A stretch of 64,000 nucleotides of DNA. Origin: Candidatus Limnocylindrales bacterium. Its GTDB lineage: Bacteria > Patescibacteriota > Microgenomatia > Levybacterales > UBA12049. Below, one piece after another: positions 20,743-30,358 of this stretch. The number at the start of each line of letters is the position of its first letter. The first letter of the stretch is position 1. The position numbers were made by a program, and so were the translations under genes. Location of the stretch: positions 2,340-66,339 of the forward strand of contig DATLDE010000002.1 of the NCBI GenBank assembly GCA_035526025.1, in the 5' to 3' direction. The notes beneath the pieces were generated by a model, which saw nothing but the letters and a program-made list of their open reading frames with translations, made no database searches and had not been told where the DNA came from.

Positions 20743-21531
20743 TTATATTTTAACACCAGTAACATTTTTTAAATCCAATTTCATTAGTTTTTCTGCAATC
20801 TGTCTGAATCTTACTGCGTCACCCGTTGTGTAATAATAATCCTCTCCTTTCACAGAAGATGGTATATTCTCATGTGCCAATACGTATTCCGTACGTCTTG
20901 CAATTGCTCCTCCGGAATCATATAGAGCAATTTTTGAACCTAAAATTTTTTTAATTTCAGTTGCCACAAAAGGATAATGCGTACATCCAAGTGCTATAGA
21001 ATCAACACCATCTTCAATAAGTGTTAAGAGTGAATTTTCAACTGTAGAACGCACTGTGGGACCATTTACTATTCCTTCTTCAACCAGATGCTCAAGCTTA
21101 GAATTACCTATCGTGTAAATCTTTGTCCCATTTGAAAATTTTTTAATCAAATCTTTCAGATACTTGCTTTTTGCAGTAGCAGGAGTTGTAAAAACTGCAG
21201 CTTTTTTAGTTTTACTTTTCTCAGAAATAGTTTTAACAACGGGAACAACAGCAATTATAGGGATATCAAAATTTGAACGCAGATGCTTGATAGCATTAAC
21301 ACTTACAGTGTTACAAGCAATAATAACCAGTTTTACTTTTTTTGAAACCAAAAAAGATACTACTTTGTATGCGATTTCCTGAATCTCGACTACTGATTTT
21401 CCCCCATATGGGTAATTTTTCTGGTCAGCAAGATATACATATGATTCATTTGGCAAGTGCTTTTTAACAGAGTCCAAAATAGAAAGCCCCCCAACTCCTG
21501 AATCAAATATTCCAATAGGTCGATTATTCAT
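20743..21531 (-). CDS. murI: Glutamate racemase
   Basis: FDSGVGGLS, ACNT, LGCTHYP. Confidence 0.96.
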   Translation of the reverse strand: MNNRPIGIFDSGVGGLSILDSVKKHLPNESYVYLADQKNYPYGGKSVVEIQEIAYKVVSFLVSKKVKLVIIACNTVSVNAIKHLRSNFDIPIIAVVPVVKTISEKSKTKKAAVFTTPATAKSKYLKDLIKKFSNGTKIYTIGNSKLEHLVEEGIVNGPTVRSTVENSLLTLIEDGVDSIALGCTHYPFVATEIKKILGSKIALYDSGGAIARRTEYVLAHENIPSSVKGEDYYYTTGDAVRFRQIAEKLMKLDLKNVTGVKI

Positions 21532-21547
21532 ATGTTTTTAAAGAAGT

Positions 21548-21916
21548 TTATTTTATCTTGGGATTCTTTTTCGCAAGTTTTCTAAATTCTATCTGAAAGT
21601 TTTCTAATTCATCTTCTGACAACTCTTCTAAATCAATAATCTTATTACGAGCATTTTTATTTGCCCTGATAAGTTCATCCAATTTCAATTCCATTGATTT
21701 TGCATCACGATTTTGAGAATTTTGGATAAGAAATAAAATAAAAAATGTTATAATTGCTGTCGTAGTATCAAACGTCTGTAACCAGGTATCTGAAAATCCA
21801 AGTAATGGCCCACAAATCACCCACCCTATTATAATTAGGACTCCAGATCCAAACCCCCACGGCGATCCCATAAATTTTGAAGCTTTATTGGCAAAATTAT
21901 CAAATATATCTCTCAT
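21548..21916 (-). CDS. Low-affinity iron permease family protein (Fet4-like)
   Basis: FSDTW..TTAIITF..LIQNSQNRD..KLDELIRA. Confidence 0.85.
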   Translation of the reverse strand: MRDIFDNFANKASKFMGSPWGFGSGVLIIIGWVICGPLLGFSDTWLQTFDTTTAIITFFILFLIQNSQNRDAKSMELKLDELIRANKNARNKIIDLEELSEDELENFQIEFRKLAKKNPKIK

Positions 21917-21935
21917 ATAAATTTTAAATTATATG

Positions 21936-22008
21936 TACCAGGGGTGAGAGTCGAACTCACGGTCGCCGGTTTATGAATCCGGAGCTTTAACCACTAAGCT
22001 ACCCTGGC
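21936..22008 (-). tRNA. tRNA with CAT anticodon (probably elongator Met)
   Basis: Cloverleaf: GCCAGGG/CCCTGGT acceptor, GCTT/AAGC D stem, loop TTCATAA, GTGAG TTCGACT CTCAC T-arm. Confidence 0.9.
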
Positions 22009-22180
22009 TGGGTACCTGAGAGTATATCAATTTGACCATGGCTAACGCAAATGGTATACTTGTAATCGCTTAATACTTTCTTTTGTAAAATCCGAAGGAT
22101 TTTAAAGAGGAGTATCCAATGAAAAACTGAAATTGCGAGTGAAATGAGCAATGAAAGTGCAAAATTGTGATACGACGAGA

Positions 22181-22249
22181 CGCGGGGTAGTGTACGGTGC
22201 ACGTGAGGCTCATAATCTTACAGACAAGGTTCAACTCCTTGCCCCGCAA
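22181..22249 (+). tRNA. Initiator-like tRNA-Met (CAT), atypical
   Basis: CGCGGGG/CCCCGCA acceptor with C1:A72 mismatch, loop CTCATAA, CAAGG TTCAACT CCTTG T-arm; short D loop. Confidence 0.8.
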
Positions 22250-22250
22250 C

Positions 22251-22303
22251 TGAGGGCATCAAATTAAAAACTCGTTTCGGCGAGTTTTTTAATTCCGCCC
22301 TCA
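22251..22303 (+). terminator. Intrinsic terminator hairpin after the tRNA
   Basis: TGAGGGC..AATTAAAAACTCG-loop-CGAGTTTTTTAATT..GCCCTCA. Confidence 0.75.
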
Positions 22304-22388
22304 TGGGGATGGTGTGACGAAGTCACATAATATCCCCAAACTAATCCTAGCAATCCATTTTTAAAAAATTATTGTACAATCATAATAA

Positions 22389-22649
22389 ATGCATTATGTT
22401 TATGTCCTCCAATCGCTGAAGAAACCGGATTGGCTCTACAAAGGCTCTACGTCTGATCTAAAAAAGCGCATTCCCCAACACAATGCCGGCAAAAACTTCT
22501 CTACCGCTCCATACGCTCCCTTTCGGCTAATCTATTACGAAGCATATCTATTGAAAAAAGATGCAGAGGCCAGAGAACAATATCTTAAGACAAGTATGGG
22601 CAAGAGGGTTTTGAAAAAGCAGCTCCGATATTTCCTTGAATCAAAATAA
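22389..22649 (+). CDS. Stand-alone GIY-YIG nuclease
   Basis: YVYVLQS..YKGSTSDLKKR..HN..LIYYEAY..AEAREQYLK. Confidence 0.9.
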   Translation: MHYVYVLQSLKKPDWLYKGSTSDLKKRIPQHNAGKNFSTAPYAPFRLIYYEAYLLKKDAEAREQYLKTSMGKRVLKKQLRYFLESK

Positions 22650-22894
22650 AAATGAGAAATACTCCGATGAGCAGATTAAAGAATTCACACACGCGGCTGA
22701 AGTGTTATCAGATATGGCAATTGATAGTTTTTTAAAAAAGAGGAAAACCGTCCCAGGAGAAGAGTAAATGCACTTGGGAAAATCACCGTTCAAATGACGG
22801 AGGAGAATCCTATGCTTGAATGGCTATTTTCCAACAGAAGTCGGAGAAAATATAAGCCTAGAGTTGTTATTCGTGCTTGTGATATAATAGGGCT

Positions 22895-23677
22895 ATGACA
22901 AAAGAAAGTGCCCCGCAAGGCAATGGACATCAAAATGGTAGTGGGACATTTTCCCCAGTTGAGCATGGTGGTCTTATTGATGCACTTTCTAGACCATTTG
23001 ACCGAGCTGCTAGTGTATTTAATATGGATCCTGAGGATGTGAGGCAAGTAGCCGCAGAACACTTTATCCGAGCAGCTCGTAGATATTCCCCAACTGAAGA
23101 AGCAGAACTTACAACTTTTGTCTCACATAGAGTAATAGGAGGAATTAAAGATGAATTTAGGGAAAGAGGATGGACTATAAAAACCTCTAGAAGAATCAGT
23201 GATAATCTTCCAAAGGTATTAGGAGCAACGGCTCAGCTTAGCCAGACTTTGGGTAGACAACCAACTGAGGGTGAAGTTGCAGACCATCTTTCCATCTCTC
23301 CAAGGCTTGTTCGGAGAGTAAAAATTGCTGCGGCAGAAGGAGCAGTGAGACCAACTGCTCTAGTTGAGGATAGTAGTGATCAAAGTAGTTCTCCTGAAAA
23401 ACCAAGAGCTAAAGACCCATCCCGTACACTTGTTGCTGAGCAGGGTGAAAATGCTTATGAGCGGGTGCTTGATAGAATGGTTCTTAAGGACGCACTAGCC
23501 TCGCTTCCTCCTCGTTCAAGAAGTATTATTGACATGCATTTTGGGTTTAATGTAGAAGGAAGAGAGATGAGTCTTATGGAAATAGCAGAGGTACTGGATG
23601 TAACAGAGTCACGAGTATCCCAATTAGTTACTAAGGCACTTGATGACTTACGAAAAAAAGTGGGGAACGCTGCTTGA
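22895..23677 (+). CDS. Group-3 sigma-70 factor (SigB/SigF/FliA-like), divergent
   Basis: Region 2 DPEDVRQV..IRAARRY..IGGIKDEFR; region 3 LGRQPTEGEVADHL; region 4 MSLMEIAEVLDVTESRVSQL. Confidence 0.85.
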   Translation: MTKESAPQGNGHQNGSGTFSPVEHGGLIDALSRPFDRAASVFNMDPEDVRQVAAEHFIRAARRYSPTEEAELTTFVSHRVIGGIKDEFRERGWTIKTSRRISDNLPKVLGATAQLSQTLGRQPTEGEVADHLSISPRLVRRVKIAAAEGAVRPTALVEDSSDQSSSPEKPRAKDPSRTLVAEQGENAYERVLDRMVLKDALASLPPRSRSIIDMHFGFNVEGREMSLMEIAEVLDVTESRVSQLVTKALDDLRKKVGNAA

Positions 23678-23686
23678 TATGGAAGA

Positions 23687-24961
23687 CTAGATTGTCGGCT
23701 TTTGGTGGGGTAAATTAATAGTTCTTTTCCTCAGAGCACTTACGAGATTATCTGTCACCATTCTAGGAGAGATTTGTAACTGTTGGGCTGTTGCCTCAAT
23801 ACTAAGGTTTGCGTACAATAAACGCTCTGCACATCTTCTTTCAGTGTCGGAAAGAAAATCTACATTTCTCCACCATGCATCAACTCTTTCTTCTCCCTCT
23901 GGAGTTGTTGAAAGTCTTGCAATATCTGCCTGCAAACCTTCAATCTGTTCACGCAGTTGTTTTATAAGTGGTACTCCATAACTTACTCCTTCTATTCGTG
24001 GCTTGCTTGTTCCCCTTGATCTTCTAGTTCCTTTATTTCCGGGAAATACCTCAAGTTCTATATTAGAACTCTCAAGGATTCTTTTTATACTCTCTTCGCT
24101 CGCTCCAGGTTTTATTGTACCTTTTAAGACTTCGCAGACTGCCTCAATGTAGTTAATATTCCACCTATTTGCAACTCCGTAGTGAAGAATTGCCCTTTGA
24201 ATAGCATGATGCTCATCACCTGGAAATGAATTGACCACCATCGCAAGTTTTGATTGAGTAATAGTAAATTCTCTGTCACGACCACCTCCCGCTGTTCTAA
24301 CCTCACTTACGAGAGTTGGGTCTGCATTGCCTACCAATCGCAAATCCTGATATACAGATCCAACTGTCTTACCCCATCTCTCTGTCTTTGCTTTCGCCCA
24401 ATCTTTTATATGTAATATATCATCCACTCCTATACCAGGGATCGTAGATCTCTTCTGATCCTTAAGTGCTACTTGAAAAGCTTGTGTAACGGTCATTCCC
24501 TTTTTTGCCCAGGGAGTGGTGTCAAACGAACTGGTCATCCATTGGGTGAGTCTGGCAAATTGAACAGACCGAACAGAACTTGCAGCGAGGATACGCAAGT
24601 CAAACATCTCCTCATCCGTACAACCATAAATTACCGTAGCATTTATTTCCTTATCCCCATTTATTTTTTTCCCTGCTGACCTATGAAAGCCATCAATAAC
24701 ATCGTAGATGATCCCACCATCCTTCTCGCCTATTCTAGCCCTTACAGCAATGGGAGTAATTTGTCCACGCCTTTGTTTCATTGAAGCTCCAAGTTCAACT
24801 GCGTGGGACTCATCTATTAATGCTTCTTCTGTTAACACCCTTCCCAAAGGAATTGTTTCCAGTCGCTCTGTTTCAATTCCATTGCGGATTAGTTCTCTGG
24901 GAGATAACATACCAACACTATCTGCTTGTGGTAATCGTCCTCCTCTTCCTGGCTCTGGCAT
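23687..24961 (-). CDS. ParB/Srx-like N-terminal domain protein with C-terminal sigma4-like HTH
   Basis: GQITPIAVR..YDVIDGFHR (ParB/Srx box); C-terminal LSDTERR..LSIEATAQQLQISPRMV..ALRK. Confidence 0.7.
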   Translation of the reverse strand: MPEPGRGGRLPQADSVGMLSPRELIRNGIETERLETIPLGRVLTEEALIDESHAVELGASMKQRRGQITPIAVRARIGEKDGGIIYDVIDGFHRSAGKKINGDKEINATVIYGCTDEEMFDLRILAASSVRSVQFARLTQWMTSSFDTTPWAKKGMTVTQAFQVALKDQKRSTIPGIGVDDILHIKDWAKAKTERWGKTVGSVYQDLRLVGNADPTLVSEVRTAGGGRDREFTITQSKLAMVVNSFPGDEHHAIQRAILHYGVANRWNINYIEAVCEVLKGTIKPGASEESIKRILESSNIELEVFPGNKGTRRSRGTSKPRIEGVSYGVPLIKQLREQIEGLQADIARLSTTPEGEERVDAWWRNVDFLSDTERRCAERLLYANLSIEATAQQLQISPRMVTDNLVSALRKRTINLPHQKPTI

Positions 24962-25184
24962 AATGCGGGTATTATAGTATAGTGATAGGCATAAAGCAAT
25001 AGTAGGGCTGTGGGAATATTAATGATACCAATCAGTTTATAACAATGACAATTTACTCCAAATCTGGTATAAATGAGGCATGGGTTTCGGTGAGAAAACA
25101 GGTTCTCGATGCCTGCAATCCCCGCAACAATAGTATTTCATCCATTTGTTGCTACGTGATAGAATTGCCACAGGAATATTCTCT

Positions 25185-25640
25185 ATGAATAACTTATTAC
25201 CTGATGTAACAATTGAACTCCTGACAAAATTCTCCTCAAAAGACGCCAAAAATATAAAAAGACTGGCTACGCGACTCGGATCCAACTACCAACCCCTAAC
25301 CGATAAGGATCTTAAGGACATAATTTCGTCTCCCACTACGTACCTTTTTATTGCCCGCGAATCACAGAAAAAAGAACTAATAGGTATGGCAACACTTGCC
25401 ATTTATCGGATTCCTTATGTTAAAAAGGCTAATTTTGATGATCTGATTGTTGATGATAAGTATCGGGGAAACGGCATCGGACAACAACTTGTGGAAAAAA
25501 TTCTTCTAACTGCCAATGAATTAGGCGCAACATATATTGATTTCACTTCAAATCCAAAACGAATAAAGGCAAATAAACTTTATGAAAAATTGGGGTTTAA
25601 AAAAAGAGATACCAATGTCTATCGGTTGACTTATGATTAA
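25185..25640 (+). CDS. GNAT family N-acetyltransferase
   Basis: DDLIVDDKYRGNGIG acetyl-CoA motif, ANKLYEKLGF; ATG at 25185. Confidence 0.9.
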   Translation: MNNLLPDVTIELLTKFSSKDAKNIKRLATRLGSNYQPLTDKDLKDIISSPTTYLFIARESQKKELIGMATLAIYRIPYVKKANFDDLIVDDKYRGNGIGQQLVEKILLTANELGATYIDFTSNPKRIKANKLYEKLGFKKRDTNVYRLTYD

Positions 25641-26304
25641 TCAAACACCTAATAAAATCATTCTTTTTGATATAGACAATACAATTTTCAACACAGTTTT
25701 ATATCGTGAAAAATTGTTTAATAACCTTGCCACCCAATTAGATTTTGATTCTAAGATATTTTCACAAATAGCAAAAGAGGAATATGCGCTACTGAGGAAA
25801 AAAGCACATTATCTGGATCCTGACTCTTTTTTAAATAGTATCATTGCCCGTTCAGAAAAAGCTACAAATCTTGAAGAACTTCAATCAGTTTTTTGGGATA
25901 AAAAACTATATGAATCTTGCGTATATCCAGATGTCAAAAAGACATTTTCATATCTTATTGAAACTGATATTCAAATTGGAATTTTTTCAACAGGACACAG
26001 TACTCATCAAAATACAAAGATTGAAAGTCTTAAGGAATATTTATCTGATAACCATATTTACATTTCTCCCAACAAGATCAAGATTATAAAAGACACTTTT
26101 ACCGTTTACTTGAATAAAAAAACTTATATCATAGATGATTTTCCGGATATATTGCATGAAGTAAAAAAACATCATATAAATGTTTTTACCATCTGGATAA
26201 AAAGATCAAATACATCTTATAATTCCACCATACCAAAAAACTTCAAACCCGATGCAACTATTACAGACTTATATCAATTAATTGATATAATCAAAAATCA
26301 ATAA
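25633..26304 (+). CDS. HAD-family hydrolase
   Basis: LFDIDNTIF, FSTG, IIDD, PDATITDL. Confidence 0.82.
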   Translation: MINQTPNKIILFDIDNTIFNTVLYREKLFNNLATQLDFDSKIFSQIAKEEYALLRKKAHYLDPDSFLNSIIARSEKATNLEELQSVFWDKKLYESCVYPDVKKTFSYLIETDIQIGIFSTGHSTHQNTKIESLKEYLSDNHIYISPNKIKIIKDTFTVYLNKKTYIIDDFPDILHEVKKHHINVFTIWIKRSNTSYNSTIPKNFKPDATITDLYQLIDIIKNQ

Positions 26305-26310
26305 ATAAAT

Positions 26311-28098
26311 ATGTGTGGAATATTCGGATATGTCAGTAAAAAAACTAAACATGTGGAGGTTGTCCTAAATGGCCTCAAAATTCTTGAGTACCGCGGATAT
26401 GATTCATGGGGAATAGCAATAAAGCGTAAATCTGAAAACTTAAAACTTAAAAACACATTCGTTGTTGAGAAGCAGATCGGTAAAATAAAAGACGCAAATC
26501 TTAATTCTGAATTCTTAAATCTTAATTCTGAATTGGCTATCGGTCACACGCGTTGGGCAACACATGGAGGCGTAACCCAAATAAACGCACATCCGCATCT
26601 TGACTGTCAAAGCAAAATTTCTGTAGTACATAATGGAATTGTCGAGAATTTTGATATTCTTAAAAAAGACTTGCTCAAAAAAGGTCACAAATTTATTTCT
26701 GCAACAGATAGTGAAGTTATTTCTCATCTCATTGAGGAATCAATGAAGACAAAGGGTTTTGCAACTGCTGTTCGGGATTCATTCAACATGCTTTCGGGTA
26801 TGAATGCAATTGTTGTGGCATATGCTCCCTCAAGTGAAATAATAGCAGCAAAAAGCGGTTCACCTCTCGTGATAGGCTCAGACAATGACACATTTTATAT
26901 CGCATCAGATGCATCAAGCATTCTCCCAAATACCAAAAAGTTACTTTTCTTAAAAGATAATCAGATGGCAATTCTTGGAAAAAAATTGCAAATATTATCG
27001 CTTCCAAAAGGTACCAAGCAAGCAGTTAAATTTGAAACAATTTCCTGGAAAATAACTGAGGCGAATAAAGGAAAATATTCTCATTTTATGCTGAAAGAGA
27101 TCCATGAACAGCCCGGAATCATAAGAATTATAGCCAAGACATATGATTCCCAAATAGAATCCCTCGCGAAGACAATCGAAAAAGCAAAAGGAACGTTTTT
27201 TATAGGAGCTGGTACTGCGTCATATGCAGGACTTATGGGTACTTATTTTTTCTCAAAAATTGCCAAAAAACATGTAAATATGTCTTTTGCCTCGGAATTT
27301 ACCTATCTTCTTGATTTTTTGAATAAAAAATCACTCATCATTGCGCTCTCTCAATCTGGTGAGACAATCGACGTTGTTGAGCCTCTTATAAAAGCTCAAG
27401 AAAAAGGAAGTATGATAGTTGCCATTGTAAACACTCAAGGCTCAACAATTTATAGGATGAGTGACAAAAAACTCCTTCTGGGGGCAGGGATTGAACAAGC
27501 TGTTGCATCAACAAAAGCATTTACAGCCAAAATATCTATTCTTCTAATGCTTGCCTATGCGTTGAAGGGAGATATAAAGCAAGCTTCAAAACAACTTCTA
27601 AAAGCAGCTGATGAAATAGATAGACTCATAACGCAAGAAAAAAAGCTTACTCCCATTATCAATTTACTAAGCAAATCCGAGCATATTTATATAATCGGCC
27701 GTGGAGTTTCATACCCAACATCTCTTGAAGCATCGCTTAAAGTCAAAGAAGTTAGCTATATTCATACCGAAGGGCTTGCAGGAGGAGAACTCAAGCATGG
27801 CGCGCTTGCGCTTATTTCAAAAGGAACACCTTGCATTGTTTTTGCTCCACCAGACGAAACATATGAATCAATTATTTCAAATGCGACTGAAATCAAAACC
27901 CGTGGAGGTGTTGTGATAGGCATAAGCCATAAAAATCATGATGTTTTCGAACATTTTATCGAAGTTAAAGATTGCGGGGACGCAACTGCTATCTCGCAAA
28001 TCGTACCCATACAATTAATCTCTTATTATTTAGCCTTAAAGAAAGGATACGATCCTGACAAACCAAGAAATCTTGCAAAATCAGTAACAGTGAAATAA
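26311..28098 (+). CDS. glmS: Glutamine--fructose-6-phosphate aminotransferase
   Basis: MCGIFG, EYRGYDS, GHTRWATHG, SQSGET, PRNLAKSVTV. Confidence 0.97.
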   Translation: MCGIFGYVSKKTKHVEVVLNGLKILEYRGYDSWGIAIKRKSENLKLKNTFVVEKQIGKIKDANLNSEFLNLNSELAIGHTRWATHGGVTQINAHPHLDCQSKISVVHNGIVENFDILKKDLLKKGHKFISATDSEVISHLIEESMKTKGFATAVRDSFNMLSGMNAIVVAYAPSSEIIAAKSGSPLVIGSDNDTFYIASDASSILPNTKKLLFLKDNQMAILGKKLQILSLPKGTKQAVKFETISWKITEANKGKYSHFMLKEIHEQPGIIRIIAKTYDSQIESLAKTIEKAKGTFFIGAGTASYAGLMGTYFFSKIAKKHVNMSFASEFTYLLDFLNKKSLIIALSQSGETIDVVEPLIKAQEKGSMIVAIVNTQGSTIYRMSDKKLLLGAGIEQAVASTKAFTAKISILLMLAYALKGDIKQASKQLLKAADEIDRLITQEKKLTPIINLLSKSEHIYIIGRGVSYPTSLEASLKVKEVSYIHTEGLAGGELKHGALALISKGTPCIVFAPPDETYESIISNATEIKTRGGVVIGISHKNHDVFEHFIEVKDCGDATAISQIVPIQLISYYLALKKGYDPDKPRNLAKSVTVK

Positions 28099-28140
28099 TT
28101 GCAGTTATTTCATCCTGAGCTGTGCCGAAGGATAAAAAAT

Positions 28141-29151
28141 ATGACCAAACCAAATCAAAATTCAAACACCAAAATCCCCAAAGTCGTAGTTATAGGAGGC
28201 GGAACAGGAAGTTTCGTCGCTCTTTCGGGCTTAAAAAAATATCCAATTGATCTGACTGCAATTGTGACCATGATGGATAGTGGTGGATCAAGTGGCAGAC
28301 TGCGGGATGAGCTTGGAGTCTTGCCACCAGGGGATATACGACAATGCCTTGTGGCTCTGGCGACTTCATCCAAACTGCTTCGGGATCTTTTTATGTACCG
28401 TTTTGAGGAAGGTGATCTTAAGGGTCATAATTTTGGAAATATATTTCTATCGTCCCTTGAAAAAACAACCGGAAGTATGGAAAAAGCGATAACTGAAGTA
28501 AGCAAAATTCTTCGTATTCATGGTCACGTAGTTCCAGTTACTTTTAAAAAGGCAGATCTCTGCGTTGAGCTTATTGATGGAAAAATAATCACTGGTGAGA
28601 CACATATAGATGAGGTAGAAACAAAAATGAATAGGGCTCGTATAAAGAAGGCATTTCTAACGCCTAGTGTCACTGCCAATCCAAACGCATTAAAATCAAT
28701 AATTGAGGCTGACTTTATCTTAATTGGTCCGGGAGACCTTTATACCAGTATAATCCCGAATTTACTGGTAAAAGGAATTGCAAATGCTCTGAAAAAATCC
28801 AAAGCTCACAAGATATATGTTATGAATCTTATGACAAAATACGGCCAGACAACACATTACACAGCAATTGATCATATAAGCGATCTAGAAAAATATATTG
28901 GGAAAAAAACTATTAATTCAATTCTCCTGAATACAAAGCGACCGACTAAAGAAACTTTATCTTGGTATGAAGATTTTGATGAACAACCTGTGATCGATAA
29001 TCTAAAAGATTCAATTTATTCTGTTATCAAAAAGGATCTTTTAAAAAATATAGTTCTTAAGAAAAGTCCGACTGATTCTCTGAAAAGAAGCATAATCCGC
29101 CACGATTCAATAAAGTTAGCCAAAGCAGTCATGGAGATAATAAGTAATTAA
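28141..29151 (+). CDS. yvcK: YvcK/GlmR (CofD-like) UDP-GlcNAc-binding protein
   Basis: IGGGTG, DSGGSSGRLR, PPGDIR, GPGDLYTSIIPNL, IRHD; ATG at 28141. Confidence 0.92.
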   Translation: MTKPNQNSNTKIPKVVVIGGGTGSFVALSGLKKYPIDLTAIVTMMDSGGSSGRLRDELGVLPPGDIRQCLVALATSSKLLRDLFMYRFEEGDLKGHNFGNIFLSSLEKTTGSMEKAITEVSKILRIHGHVVPVTFKKADLCVELIDGKIITGETHIDEVETKMNRARIKKAFLTPSVTANPNALKSIIEADFILIGPGDLYTSIIPNLLVKGIANALKKSKAHKIYVMNLMTKYGQTTHYTAIDHISDLEKYIGKKTINSILLNTKRPTKETLSWYEDFDEQPVIDNLKDSIYSVIKKDLLKNIVLKKSPTDSLKRSIIRHDSIKLAKAVMEIISN

Positions 29152-29190
29152 AATAGTCAGTCTTATTATTTACCACTTAGTATTAGATCG

Positions 29191-29976
29191 CTAAACAGCA
29201 ACTGGCCTTGGAGGTTTGGTGAATACAAAACGCGTTGATTCAAAAGGCCTAAAATTGGTCCTGGTATCCTTAGCATTATCCGAATTTGTAATTCCTATTA
29301 AATCTGTCGGGCCCCAATACCAAGATCTTGTCCTTGCCTGATCAAACCCTTTTGCTTCCGCCAATCCATTCCATTCTTCAATAGATTTATATGTATGAGG
29401 GGTTGATCCTCCAGGCTGTCTATTGAGAACCTCATCAAAACGTCCAAAAATCGATCTTATTCTACTCTTTTTTTCACTATCCATTGTAGGCATTGTTTCC
29501 TCAAGGAGTATTAGCTTGCCGCCGGGCCTAAGAGTGCGCATCGCCTCACTCAAAATCTCTTCCTGCGCTCCGTCTTCGCAAAAGTGAAGAATATTATTTA
29601 ACACAACAGCATCGCTACTATTGTCTGCAAACGGAAGTTTGCTTGCATCCCCAATCACAAACTTTCCGTCTTTTGTGTCAGAAGTTCTGAGATCACCTAA
29701 ATCAAGTTTAAGTGTAGTTGCGCCTGTTCTTTGCTCTATAGCTTGGGCTACATGCCCTGTACCAGCACCAAGATATAAAACTCTTTCTCCGCTTTGAATT
29801 TCATTCCCCAGCTCTCCGCGCTCATACATGTCATTTGCTCTACCTCTTGCACCATCTAGAAATTTTTTCAAAAGTAGCGGATGCCTTTCAACAAATGAAA
29901 CAAATTTTTGTGGCCGATCTATATCGTAAGTTACTTTAGGTTGTTCTTCCCCCGTTGATCCTCTTATTTCTGCCAT
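29191..29976 (-). CDS. Class I SAM-dependent methyltransferase
   Basis: VLYLGAGTG, GDASKLPFADNSSD, LRPGGKL. Confidence 0.88.
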   Translation of the reverse strand: MAEIRGSTGEEQPKVTYDIDRPQKFVSFVERHPLLLKKFLDGARGRANDMYERGELGNEIQSGERVLYLGAGTGHVAQAIEQRTGATTLKLDLGDLRTSDTKDGKFVIGDASKLPFADNSSDAVVLNNILHFCEDGAQEEILSEAMRTLRPGGKLILLEETMPTMDSEKKSRIRSIFGRFDEVLNRQPGGSTPHTYKSIEEWNGLAEAKGFDQARTRSWYWGPTDLIGITNSDNAKDTRTNFRPFESTRFVFTKPPRPVAV

Positions 29977-30112
29977 AAGTCCTACACGCTCCCATTTATT
30001 TTCAGAAGACTATGTAGCTTGAGTATTATATCCTCCCAATATAATTTTTTCAATCTCTGACAATTGCGTGAAATAGATTAGCAACAGACAAAGATAGTAT
30101 AATAATATATTG

Positions 30113-30358
30113 ATGTGGCATATATATATTCTCCTTTGCTCTGACAACAGTCTTTATACAGGCTCGACCAACGACCTTGATAAAAGATTTTTGAGTCATA
30201 TGAGTGGAAAAGGTAGCAAGTATACCCGCTCCCACAAGCCGCTACGAATTATCCACACTGAGGAGCTTAAGACCAAATCTGAGGCTCTCAAGCGGGAAAT
30301 AGAAATAAAAAGCTGGAGTAGAACTAAGAAGATTCAAACTCTGAATCTGGATATTTAG
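30113..30358 (+). CDS. GIY-YIG nuclease (YazA/UPF0213-like)
   Basis: YILLCSDNSLYTGSTND..GKGSKYTR..ALKREIEIK. Confidence 0.9.
   Translation: MWHIYILLCSDNSLYTGSTNDLDKRFLSHMSGKGSKYTRSHKPLRIIHTEELKTKSEALKREIEIKSWSRTKKIQTLNLDI

Noticed and set aside
25037-25184. Possible glmS ribozyme upstream of the glmS operon (hairpins AGGCAT/ATGCCT and GCAACAA/TTGTTGC)
   Set aside because: The conserved ribozyme core (AGCGCC..GACGAGG) is not visible. The hairpins are short and may be chance or the remnant of a tiny ORF. An Rfam search would settle it.
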